Assembly: GCA_038237165.1 (NCBI GenBank)
Contig: JBBRYZ010000001.1
Span: 30,199-94,198 of the forward strand
Reading direction: 5' to 3'
Length of the DNA stretch: 64,000 nt
Origin: Bacteroidales bacterium
GTDB lineage: Bacteria; Bacteroidota; Bacteroidia; Bacteroidales; UBA4417
The translations under genes and the position numbers were made by a program. The notes under the pieces were generated by a model. That model was not told the DNA's origin. It worked only from the letters and a program-made list of their open reading frames with translations, and did no database searches. Shown here piece after piece: positions 56,576 to 64,000 of this stretch; the stretch's first letter is position 1, and every line of letters begins with the position of its first letter.

Positions 56576-57307
56576 ATGCCCGCACAACAATGGCTTAGTC
56601 GCACCGAATTGCTTATTGGTACGGAGAAACTTAACATACTTCGTGATAAACATGTGCTTATTGCCGGACTAGGCGGCGTTGGCGCCATTGCGGCCGAGCA
56701 GATATGCCGCGCCGGTATAGGCATTATGACCATTATTGATGGAGATACCGTTCATGCGAGCAACCGCAACCGCCAGCTTCCTGCACTTAAAAGCACCGAA
56801 GGCATTGCGAAAACAGAGGTAATGGCAAAACGGCTGCTTGATATCAATCCCAACCTGAAACTCACCGTACTCAATGAATATATAAAAGATGAACGAACCC
56901 TCGAAATCCTGTCGCAAGGCTATGATTATGTGGTAGATGCCATAGATACGCTTTCGCCTAAAGTTTTCCTGATCTACAATTGCGTTCAACTTGGATTGCC
57001 GGTAGTGAGTTCGATGGGAGCCGGAGGAAAATTTGATCCTGCGCAGGTTCAGGTAGTTGATATTGCTGATTCCTATAACTGCAAACTGGCATATTACATG
57101 CGCAAACGACTTCACAAAATGGGTGTGTGGAAAGGTATAAAAGTGGTTTTCTCACCCGAAATAGTAGAGCGCAGTTCTGTAATTCTGCAGGAAGGCGAAT
57201 CCAATAAAAAATCGAATGTTGGAACTATTTCGTATATGCCGGCGATATTTGGATGCTACTGTGCTTCTGTGGTTATAAGGGAACTTTTGGAAGAGAGGGA
57301 AGGCTGA
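56576..57307 (+). CDS. tcdA: tRNA threonylcarbamoyladenosine dehydratase (ThiF/MoeB-type E1-like)
   Basis: R.ELLIG..KL..L....VLIAGLGGVGA Rossmann motif, DGD.V..SN.NRQ and VDAID. The ATG at 56576 gives the ~243-aa length typical of the family. The upstream part of the ORF (from 56435) is unlikely to be coding. Confidence 0.8.
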   Translation: MPAQQWLSRTELLIGTEKLNILRDKHVLIAGLGGVGAIAAEQICRAGIGIMTIIDGDTVHASNRNRQLPALKSTEGIAKTEVMAKRLLDINPNLKLTVLNEYIKDERTLEILSQGYDYVVDAIDTLSPKVFLIYNCVQLGLPVVSSMGAGGKFDPAQVQVVDIADSYNCKLAYYMRKRLHKMGVWKGIKVVFSPEIVERSSVILQEGESNKKSNVGTISYMPAIFGCYCASVVIRELLEEREG

Positions 57308-57566
57308 GTTGTTGAAGGGTTTAAGGTTTAAGGGTTTAAGGGTTTCAAGGTTCAAATGCTTCGCGTTCAAATTGTTCAAATGTTCTATTGTTCAATTGTT
57401 CAATTATTCTATTGTTCTATTGTTCAATTGTTCAAATGATCAAATGTTCTATTGTTCAAATATTCAAATATTAAAATGTTCAATTGTTCAAGGTTCAAGG
57501 TTCAAATGCTTGCAAAGTTCAATGCTTCGCGTTCAAATGCTTCGCGTTCAAACGTTCAATTGTTAC
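57308..57566. repeat. Period-9 repeat array D (gggtttaag-type, core aatgcttcgcgttcaaat, then gttcaaatg/ttctattgt-type nonamers)
   Basis: Read directly. The gcttcgcgttcaaa core occurs three times (about 57357, 57525 and 57539). About 28 nonamer periods in total. Confidence 0.9.
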
Positions 57567-57665
57567 CTCCAAAATCCTGCAAACAGTTAATCCTTTTAAT
57601 TATTTTCAAGGCTCTCTGCCGACCTACTCTGGCAATGCGTTCAGCAAAGCAATCTTAACATTCAC

Positions 57666-57842
57666 AATTACACGAATCCTTTCACTAAACTACACGAATC
57701 CTTTTGCTCAATTGCACGAATCCTTTTACACAATTGCACGAAGCCTTTTGCTGAACTACACCAATCCTTTTCATAAATTACACGAACCTTTTAATAAACT
57801 ACCCGAAGCCTTTTATTCAAAAGCCCGAAGACTTTTCCCTTA
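57666..57842 (+). repeat. Eight tandem 22-bp (one 21-bp) iteron-like repeats, consensus a(a/c)t(t/a)(a/g)CACGAA(t/g)CCTTTTnnnna
   Basis: Core CACGAA/CCCGAA starts at 57671, 57693, 57715, 57737, 57759, 57781, 57802 and 57824. Confidence 0.9.
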
Positions 57843-58132
57843 GTGATACATACCTTTTTTAAAATCTTATCCAAACTGCCTTTCGAAAAGCTAAGAGCGA
57901 GTATTTAATCAGAATTAAGATGTTACACAATAAAGTATTTATGATTTGATTGATTCCGGAATGGCTGGTTGCAGGATGCTTTCTTCTGGACGTCTCACAT
58001 CATAGTCAAAAATAAAGGCTTTATTTGCAACAGCGCCTGGTTAGGAATAATTTTGTATTTTTGGGATGTACATATGATTTAAAACTACCCGTTTATTATC
58101 ATTCTGATACAAACCACTAACGCAATTTGAAC

Positions 58133-58858
58133 ATGAGAATATCAACCACCTTCTTTTCCCTCATCATTGCCGGACTGTTTATTTCGGACACAGTAACAGC
58201 ACAGAAGCCTAATACGCTAACCCCAAAAGAGAAAAAGCAAGACTGGCAACTACTTTTCGATGGAAAAACCTTAAATGGGTGGAAAGGCTATAACAGCGAA
58301 AAAATGTTTAGCTGCTGGAGTGTGCAGAACGGCGAACTGGTTTGCCAGGGCGAAGGCGGAAGCGTTACTGCCGGTGATATTATCACCGCAGCGGATTTCG
58401 ACAACTTCGAGTTGGATCTCGACTGGAGCATCAGCAAGGCCGGCAACAGCGGCATTTTTTATCATGTGCTGGAAGGACCACAATACCACGCAGCCTACGA
58501 AACAGCTCCCGAATACCAGCTGATTGACGAATTGGGATGGCCCGAAAAGCTGGAAGAATGGCAAAAAACCGGCGCCGATTATGCCATGACACCAGCCCTG
58601 GCAAATAAAAAGCTTATGCCCGTCGGCGAATGGAACCATACCCGGATTATTTATAACAAAGGCCATGTGGAACACTGGCTCAACGGGTTGAAAGTTGTTG
58701 AATTCCAGGCTTATTCACCAGAATGGAAACAGGAGAAAGAAACGGGCAAATGGAAGGATTACCCGGGCTATGCTATTTCGCAAACAGGCCGTATCGGTCT
58801 GCAAAACCATGGCAGCGGGGTTAAATTCAGGAATGTAAAAATACGGAGGTTGGATTAA
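58133..58858 (+). CDS. Secreted DUF1080 (3-keto-disaccharide hydrolase-like, LamG-fold) protein
   Basis: Signal peptide followed by W..LFDGK.L.GWKGY, NSGIFY, EYQLID, NGLKVVEF and GRIGLQNHGSGVKFRN.KI, all typical of DUF1080. ATG at 58133 (TTG at 58127 is possible). Confidence 0.85.
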   Translation: MRISTTFFSLIIAGLFISDTVTAQKPNTLTPKEKKQDWQLLFDGKTLNGWKGYNSEKMFSCWSVQNGELVCQGEGGSVTAGDIITAADFDNFELDLDWSISKAGNSGIFYHVLEGPQYHAAYETAPEYQLIDELGWPEKLEEWQKTGADYAMTPALANKKLMPVGEWNHTRIIYNKGHVEHWLNGLKVVEFQAYSPEWKQEKETGKWKDYPGYAISQTGRIGLQNHGSGVKFRNVKIRRLD

Positions 58859-58960
58859 AAGGGTTGAAAGGGTTTGAAGAGTTTGAGGCACTTCAACTTC
58901 GCTCACTGTGACAAGTTTGAAGAGTTGTTGAATTCCAATTGTTTGCCAATTGAAAAATCC
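58859..58960. repeat. Period-9 repeat array E (gggttgaaa gggtttgaa gagtttgag ...)
   Basis: It begins directly after the DUF1080 stop codon. It has the same orientation and nonamer type as the start of array D. Confidence 0.75.
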
Positions 58961-58999
58961 AGAACGCCCCATTTCTTGGTAAAAAGCATGAGTTTGTTT

Positions 59000-59068
59000 C
59001 CTTCTCCTTGAGGAGAAGGTGCCGAAGGCGGATGAGGTGAAAAGGTGCCCAACGGGCGGATGAGGTCA
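59000..59068. repeat. REP-like element: 8-bp hairpin ccttctcc-ttga-ggagaagg followed by two ~26-bp direct repeats (aaggtgcc.aa.ggcggatgaggt.a)
   Basis: Read directly. The opposite-strand translation gives the SPHPPSAPSPQGEG-type pseudo-peptide typical of intergenic palindromic repeats. Confidence 0.7.
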
Positions 59069-59075
59069 AACAAAT

Positions 59076-59217
59076 GAACATTTGAACAATAGAACATATG
59101 AATAAATGAACATTTGAACGCGAAGCATTAAATCCCATCAATCCCTTCAATCCTTTCAATCCTTTCAATCCCTTCTATCCCATCAATCCCACCAATCCCA
59201 TCAATCCCATCAATCCC
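59076..59217. repeat. Period-9 repeat array F, an inverted copy of array D architecture
   Basis: Segment 59076-59129 (aacatttgaacaatagaacat...gaacatttgaacgcgaagcatt) is the reverse complement of the array D core region. It is followed by ~10 nonamers atccc(a/t)tca up to the ProX-like start codon. Confidence 0.85.
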
Positions 59218-59724
59218 ATGAACGGCGATCCCAACCTTTACAAACTCCTCTCCGACCTCAATATTCCTTTCGAATATCATGAGCATCCTCCTGCTCCAAC
59301 TATCGAAGAAGCTATGAAATACTGGAGGGACCTGGATGCAACGCATTGCAAAAATTTGTTTTTCCGCAATCATAAAGGGAACAAACATTACCTTGTGATA
59401 TTGAAACATACGCAGCAAATGGGAATTCATGAATTGGAAAAACAGTTGAAGCAGGGCAAACTTTCGTTCGCTTCGGACGAACGAATGATGAAATACCTCG
59501 GAGTTACTCCAGGATCGGTAACCCCGTTCGGGCTTATAAACGACATTGGGCACCATGTTCATGTTTTCCTCGATCACAACCTGCTGAAAAGTAAAATGAT
59601 AAGTTTTCATCCCTGTATCAATACCGCTTCCATCATTTTGAAATGGGAAGACTTTCTAAAATTCATGGAGTGGTCAACAAATACTTTCGAATACATCACG
59701 TTATACGATCATCCGGCTGAATAA
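59218..59724 (+). CDS. Prolyl-tRNA synthetase-associated (YbaK/ProX-type) editing domain protein
   Basis: 168-aa ORF. L..L.IPFEYHEH.P..TIEEA, CKNLFFRN.KG and LGV.PGSVTPFGL are typical of ProX-like trans-editing proteins. Confidence 0.75.
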   Translation: MNGDPNLYKLLSDLNIPFEYHEHPPAPTIEEAMKYWRDLDATHCKNLFFRNHKGNKHYLVILKHTQQMGIHELEKQLKQGKLSFASDERMMKYLGVTPGSVTPFGLINDIGHHVHVFLDHNLLKSKMISFHPCINTASIILKWEDFLKFMEWSTNTFEYITLYDHPAE

Positions 59725-59761
59725 ATTATTTGCCTTTCCGGCTATTACTTCAAAAAAAAAT

Positions 59762-60880
59762 ATGAAAAACAGCATCAGATTTAAAACAATTTCGCTTGCA
59801 CTCATCATAACTGCTTTGCTTGCAACTCATCCTGCATTTTGTCAGAAAAAAGAAAAACCAATGGCCATTATAGCCTACTATATGGGCGATGGCAGTGATA
59901 TTGCCAATTATAAAACGAAGGAGTTAACTCATATTATTTATAGCTTTCTTCATCTCAAAGGGAATAACCTGACAGTGGATAGCCCGGAAGACAGCCTGGC
60001 GATTACCCGCCTGGTGGCGCTTAAAAAGTTGAATCCTGAACTGAAAATAATTCTTTCCCTAGGCGGCTGGGGCGGATGCAAAACATGCAGCAAAGTTTTC
60101 AATACCGAAACAGGTCGTGGCGAATTTGCACAATCTACGTTAAATCTGTTTAAAACATATCATGCTGATGGCCTCGATCTCGACTGGGAATATCCTTCGC
60201 TCGAATCGGTATCCGGTCATCAGTATTTGCCCGAGGACAAGCAGAATTTCACATACCTGGTCAAAACACTTCGCGAAACAGTTGGCCCTGACTACGAATT
60301 AAGCTTTGCTGCCGGAGGTTTCAACGATTACCTCTCAAAATCTATTGAGTGGGAAAAGGTGATGCCATTTGTGAATTATGTAAATATGATGACATACGAT
60401 TTTGTGAATGGATACAGCAAATCTACTGGGCACCTTACATCTTTGTATTCCACACCTGACCAACAGGAATCGGCCGACCATGCGGTAATGTTTCTGGATT
60501 CTATTGGTATTCCAATGAATAAGGTAGTAATTGGTATAGCTTTTTATGCCCGTACTTTCAGCAAAGTTGATAATGTAAATCACGGACTTTACCAAAAAGG
60601 GAAATTCAGCGAGTACATTAATTATAAAGATATTGATAACAAACTGGGTAAGTCTGCGGGTTTTGAGCAGCATTGGGATAATAAGGCCAGAGCGCCCTTT
60701 GCTTACAACAGTACTACAAAAACATTTGCCACTTACGATAATATGCAATCCGTTTATTATAAAACAAAATATGCGAAAGAGCATAAACTCGGAGGCGTGA
60801 TGTTCTGGGAACTCAGTGGGGATAAAATGAACGGAGGATTGCTGGATATGATTTATGAAACAAGTAGGAACGGAAAGTAA
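59762..60880 (+). CDS. Glycoside hydrolase family 18 (chitinase-like), secreted
   Basis: Signal peptide, SLGGWGG, the catalytic DGLDLDWEYP motif, MTYDF and GGVMFWELSGD. Confidence 0.88.
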   Translation: MKNSIRFKTISLALIITALLATHPAFCQKKEKPMAIIAYYMGDGSDIANYKTKELTHIIYSFLHLKGNNLTVDSPEDSLAITRLVALKKLNPELKIILSLGGWGGCKTCSKVFNTETGRGEFAQSTLNLFKTYHADGLDLDWEYPSLESVSGHQYLPEDKQNFTYLVKTLRETVGPDYELSFAAGGFNDYLSKSIEWEKVMPFVNYVNMMTYDFVNGYSKSTGHLTSLYSTPDQQESADHAVMFLDSIGIPMNKVVIGIAFYARTFSKVDNVNHGLYQKGKFSEYINYKDIDNKLGKSAGFEQHWDNKARAPFAYNSTTKTFATYDNMQSVYYKTKYAKEHKLGGVMFWELSGDKMNGGLLDMIYETSRNGK

Positions 60881-60958
60881 AGAAAGAATTGCTGGAGCAG
60901 CGATTTCCAATCGCTGAACTAGTTATAAATGTTAATTATTAGTAACAAAACAATTATT

Positions 60959-61873
60959 CTAAATCTCAAAAACACACCCATCCACAGCCAGTTCCGTTTC
61001 CGGAAATACCGCCCGTGCTTCTTCCAGCAAAGGCTGCAAATTATCATACCTGGCGGAATAATGACCGATCAGCAATTTCTTCACACCTGCTTTTAACGCA
61101 ATTGTTGCCGCCTGCCCGGTGGTGGAATGAAACTTATCCGTAGCGTTCGCAATACGGTCATTCATAAATGTAGTTTCGTGGTAAAGAAGACTAGCGTCCT
61201 GCACAATAGGAATTATTTCTTCAAAATAGGCAGTATCCGAACAAAAAGCATACGTGCGCGGCAAGGGCGATTCCATTGTAATACTCTGGCTTGCATAAAC
61301 AGTGCCATCCGGCGCGGTATAATCCTCGCCAGCCCTTAATTTCGGTATCAGGTGTACCGGAATTTTAAGCAATTCCAGCATATCTTTCCGCATCCTGCGC
61401 TCGTAGGGTTTTTCCTTAAATAGAAACCCGGTGGTGGCAATCCGGTGCAACAACGGGAAACTGCTAATGGCTAAATGTTCGTCTTCAAAAATCACCTCGG
61501 GCTTATCAGCCTGTGTTGGATGAAATTCCAATGAATATATCAGTGTTGTTTGTGAAGCAAGCAGTTGCAGATCCAGTATTTCCTTCAGCATGGGCGGACC
61601 GTAAACATAAAGTGGCTTTGTCCTTCCAAGCAGGTGCATCGACGAAATAAGTCCGATCAAACCGTAAAAATGATCCCCGTGCAAATGACTGATAAATATA
61701 TGCTTAATCCTTTGAAAATGAATATGCATCCGCCTGAGCGACACTTGTGTGCCTTCGCCGCAATCGATCAGACAAAGCTTATCTCCATGGCTGAGAAGCT
61801 GTGCTGTAGGATTTCGCTCAGAGGTAGGTGTTGCTGAACTGCAACCGAGTATAGTGAGGGTGAATGGAAGCAT
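60959..61873 (-). CDS. rnz: Ribonuclease Z
   Basis: 304-aa MBL-fold ORF with LGCSSATPT, LIDCGEGTQ, ISHLHGDH and a C-terminal HYS motif. Confidence 0.9.
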   Translation of the reverse strand: MLPFTLTILGCSSATPTSERNPTAQLLSHGDKLCLIDCGEGTQVSLRRMHIHFQRIKHIFISHLHGDHFYGLIGLISSMHLLGRTKPLYVYGPPMLKEILDLQLLASQTTLIYSLEFHPTQADKPEVIFEDEHLAISSFPLLHRIATTGFLFKEKPYERRMRKDMLELLKIPVHLIPKLRAGEDYTAPDGTVYASQSITMESPLPRTYAFCSDTAYFEEIIPIVQDASLLYHETTFMNDRIANATDKFHSTTGQAATIALKAGVKKLLIGHYSARYDNLQPLLEEARAVFPETELAVDGCVFEI

Positions 61874-61984
61874 ATTTAAATTTCGAATTTTTGAATGCGG
61901 ATTGCTGAATTAAGTGTTTGGGGAGCAGATTTAGACAAAAACATTGGCAAACGTCATCAATATTTGAAGCATCAAATAGAATTC

Positions 61985-62353
61985 CTATCTTGTTAATTGA
62001 TAATCACTAATCAGGATTTCCGGTGACAAGTTGAGCCGCGTTGTTAAGTTCCTGATCATTTCCAGTGTCAATTTACGTTTACGGTTTAATATTTCTGAAA
62101 CTCTGCTTTTGCCGCCGATTTCATTAATTAAGTCGCTCTGCTTCAGATGCATTTCTTCCATCCTTATTTTGATGGTTTCAATCGGGTCTGGTGACTCAAT
62201 AGGATAATGCTTCTTCTCGAATTCGTCGATTATCAATCCAAGAATATCCGCTTCATCACTTTCAACAGTTCCCATCGGAGCATCAAATATTACTACCAGC
62301 CTGTTTAATGCGTCATGATAATCCGAGTCTGTTTTTATGGGCTTGAGGTTCAT
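61985..62353 (-). CDS. HigA-like HTH antitoxin/transcriptional regulator (COG5499-type)
   Basis: 122-aa ORF. An N-terminal I.TD.DY..AL..L segment and a C-terminal HTH (GGKSRVSEILN.KR.LTLEMIR.L). It overlaps the toxin gene by 4 bp. Confidence 0.65.
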   Translation of the reverse strand: MNLKPIKTDSDYHDALNRLVVIFDAPMGTVESDEADILGLIIDEFEKKHYPIESPDPIETIKIRMEEMHLKQSDLINEIGGKSRVSEILNRKRKLTLEMIRNLTTRLNLSPEILISDYQLTR

Positions 62354-62661
62354 TTTTTCCTTGTATCAATTATTTTATCGCCAGGATCTCTTCTGCAATC
62401 CCAGATCATTATTATTAATATCAGTTTGTCAAATATCTCGTAAATTATCTGATAATCACCTGTAATCAATGCTCTGATTGCAGGATCATCCGTTTGTTTT
62501 CCAAGTAGAGGGTTTCTGGCTATCAGTTTAATACTTTTATATATCCCGGAAAATAACTTCTTACTATAATTGGCATTCCCGTTACGCAGAATATAAAAAT
62601 CCAAAATATCAAGTAAATCTGATCTCGCTTCTACCGACCATTCTATTTTGATATCAGCCAT
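62350..62661 (-). CDS. RelE/ParE-family type II toxin
   Basis: 103-aa ORF with a pattern typical of ParE/RelE plasmid-stabilisation toxins (I.WS..A..DL..I.DY...N...A.K......I..L...P..G...). Confidence 0.75.
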   Translation of the reverse strand: MADIKIEWSVEARSDLLDILDFYILRNGNANYSKKLFSGIYKSIKLIARNPLLGKQTDDPAIRALITGDYQIIYEIFDKLILIIMIWDCRRDPGDKIIDTRKK

Positions 62662-62879
62662 TGGTCTATTTCTTTTTGGATTTCTTCATGCGAAATCGTT
62701 TGCCCTCTGCTTAGTTGTTCCCGGCCCAAATAAATTCGCTCCTTCTGAAAATCCGAAAGTTTATAAACTTCATCCTGAACCTTTGAGTCAACTAATGTCT
62801 TGATAGCTTCAAGGAATGAAGCATCATTAATATGTGCCAGCTGATTGATTATCTTTTCCCTAAGTTCAATGGTACTCAT
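62643..62879 (-). CDS. Putative antitoxin (small helical addiction-module component)
   Basis: 78-aa ORF overlapping the toxin start by 19 nt. The upstream position and size fit an antitoxin. No strong family motif. Confidence 0.5.
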   Translation of the reverse strand: MSTIELREKIINQLAHINDASFLEAIKTLVDSKVQDEVYKLSDFQKERIYLGREQLSRGQTISHEEIQKEIDQWLISK

Positions 62880-63077
62880 ATCATTAAGTTTTGTACAAAG
62901 TTACTAAATAATTCAGCATTCAGTAAACTATCAATCAATCATCAACAAGTAAAACTTATAAATATAAGATCCTTTGATTTCGCAAAATTCCCTATTTACT
63001 TTCAGGTGAATAATAAATCATATAATTGCATAATAATCTGATTAATAAGTTTCAATCATTGAATTACCTATTTTAAC

Positions 63078-63118
63078 AAAAAAACAAGCCGGAAAGTTTA
63101 AAAACTATTCCGGCTTGG
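63078..63118 (-). terminator. Rho-independent terminator after rpsA
   Basis: Stem caagccggaa / ttccggcttg (63085-63094 and 63108-63117). On the minus strand it is followed by gtttttttg. Confidence 0.7.
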
Positions 63119-63141
63119 TAAATATGTAAGAATTCAGAAAG

Positions 63142-64000
63142 CTATTTCTTTGCTTTGTCTTTAGCTTCTTCTTCTTTTTTCTCCATTGCTGCTTTCAGGT
63201 TCGAAAGAGCGTCGAGGTCACCGAGGGTGGTTTTTTCAAGGTTGTCCTTGATTTTCTTCACGGCGCGTTTGGTAGTCATTTCAGCGCTTTCCTCTTTCTT
63301 GTCTTCTTTTACTCTATCAGCTGTCTTAGCATCCTGGTGCATTTTGGCGTGCGAAAGGATGATTTTCTTGTTCTCTTTCGAGAATTCGATTACCTTGAAA
63401 TCCTCTGCTTCATCAACCTGCAGGTTTGTGCCGTCTTCCTTCTGTGCGTGACGTGTAGGTGCAAAACCTTCAACTCCGTATGGCAGCGATACAACAACAC
63501 CCTTATCGGATGAGCTTACAACTGTACCTTTATGAACTGAACCTGTGGTGAAAATGCTTTCGAATACATCCCATGGGTTTTCTTCGAGTTGTTTGTGGCC
63601 TAAGCTCAAACGACGATTTTCAACATCAACATCAAGAACAACAACTTCAATAGTTTCGCCGATCTTGGTGAATTCAGCAGGATGTTTGATTTTCTTACTC
63701 CACGAAAGATCGCTGATGTGGATAAGTCCGTCAACACCTTCTTCTAGTTCAACAAAAATACCGAAATTGGTAAAGTTACGAACGGTAGCGGTGTGGCGTG
63801 AGTTAACAGGATATTTCGAAACAATGTCAGTCCATGGATCAGGAATGAGCTGTTTGATGCCAAGCGACATTTTGCGGTCTTCGCGGTCGAGGGTAAGAAC
63901 AACTGCTTCAACTTCGTCGTTAACGCGGAGGAAATCCTGAGCGGTACGAAGATGCTGGCTCCACGACATTTCTGAAACGTGAATCAAACCTTCAACACCA
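63142..64000 (-). CDS. rpsA: 30S ribosomal protein S1, C-terminal part (gene continues beyond the window end)
   Basis: Repeated S1 domains (G.V...T.FG.FVEL..GV.GL.H.S..SW) and a K/E-rich tail. The reading frame is open to position 64000. Confidence 0.92.
   Translation of the reverse strand, partial: GVEGLIHVSEMSWSQHLRTAQDFLRVNDEVEAVVLTLDREDRKMSLGIKQLIPDPWTDIVSKYPVNSRHTATVRNFTNFGIFVELEEGVDGLIHISDLSWSKKIKHPAEFTKIGETIEVVVLDVDVENRRLSLGHKQLEENPWDVFESIFTTGSVHKGTVVSSSDKGVVVSLPYGVEGFAPTRHAQKEDGTNLQVDEAEDFKVIEFSKENKKIILSHAKMHQDAKTADRVKEDKKEESAEMTTKRAVKKIKDNLEKTTLGDLDALSNLKAAMEKKEEEAKDKAKK

Noticed and set aside
57666-57842. The 22-bp iterons as evidence that the contig is a plasmid or contains a replication origin.
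   Set aside because: No rep, par or mob genes, DnaA boxes or obvious AT-rich unwinding element were recognised nearby, and the surrounding genes are housekeeping (tcdA, rnz, rpsA). It is kept as a finding, but the origin interpretation is not adopted.
60893-60915. The short hairpin cagcgatt-tcc-aatcgctg between the convergent GH18 and rnz genes as a bidirectional terminator.
   Set aside because: The stem is only 8 bp and no U-tract follows on either strand. This is too weak to call.

Overview
This window looks like a chromosomal segment of a Bacteroidota-type bacterium. Supporting signs are a T9SS C-terminal sorting domain, a TamA/BamA-like outer membrane protein, an ECF sigma factor and about 40% GC. 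All calls come from reading motifs by eye in the supplied ORF translations and the DNA; no database search was run. I saw no rRNA, tRNA, CRISPR array, integrase or prophage.

Layout:
- 0.2-5.5 kb: membrane and transport genes (NhaD-like antiporter, DUF389, MlaD/MCE).
- 5.7-23.3 kb: a same-strand block that reads as a phosphorolytic, ATP-sparing energy-maintenance island. It holds alpha-glucan phosphorylase, acetate kinase, phosphoketolase, class I aldolase, mannose-6-P isomerase, a PMM-like HAD-IIB, a GH130-like phosphorylase, a P3-type H+-ATPase, PPK2 and stress-type small proteins.
- 23.3-30.3 kb: an AT-rich accessory stretch with VOC proteins and a decayed ~3.8 kb Eco57I-type type IIG restriction-modification gene. 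This gene carries an in-frame HUH/Y1 (RAYT/IS200-like) transposase domain inside its methyltransferase core, plus GC-rich GGAGCATGCTCC palindromes.
- 30.3-42.6 kb: a thiol-redox neighbourhood. It holds DsbD, thioredoxin, a DsrE-like protein, an EanA/EanB-type anaerobic ergothioneine pathway fused to an EgtUV-like ABC transporter operon, a ZAS-type anti-sigma/ECF sigma pair and a Cys/His-rich repeat protein.
- 46.3-56.0 kb: a seven-gene hydrogenase-4/complex-I-like (Ehr-type) operon. Its large subunit lacks all four NiFe cysteines and its NuoB-like subunit lacks three of four cluster cysteines.
- 56.4-64 kb: housekeeping genes (tcdA, ProX-like, GH18, RNase Z, partial rpsA) and a toxin-antitoxin locus.

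Most unusual signals:
- The HUH domain nested in the RM gene.
- A family of period-9 (nonamer) tandem arrays with inverted arms in at least six intergenic sites, two of them inside the Ehr operon and two flanking a DUF1080 gene.
- An eight-copy 22-bp iteron-like array.
- A TAA stop in the H+-ATPase that sits inside a coding repeat, followed by 237 open in-frame codons containing 111-bp tandem repeats.
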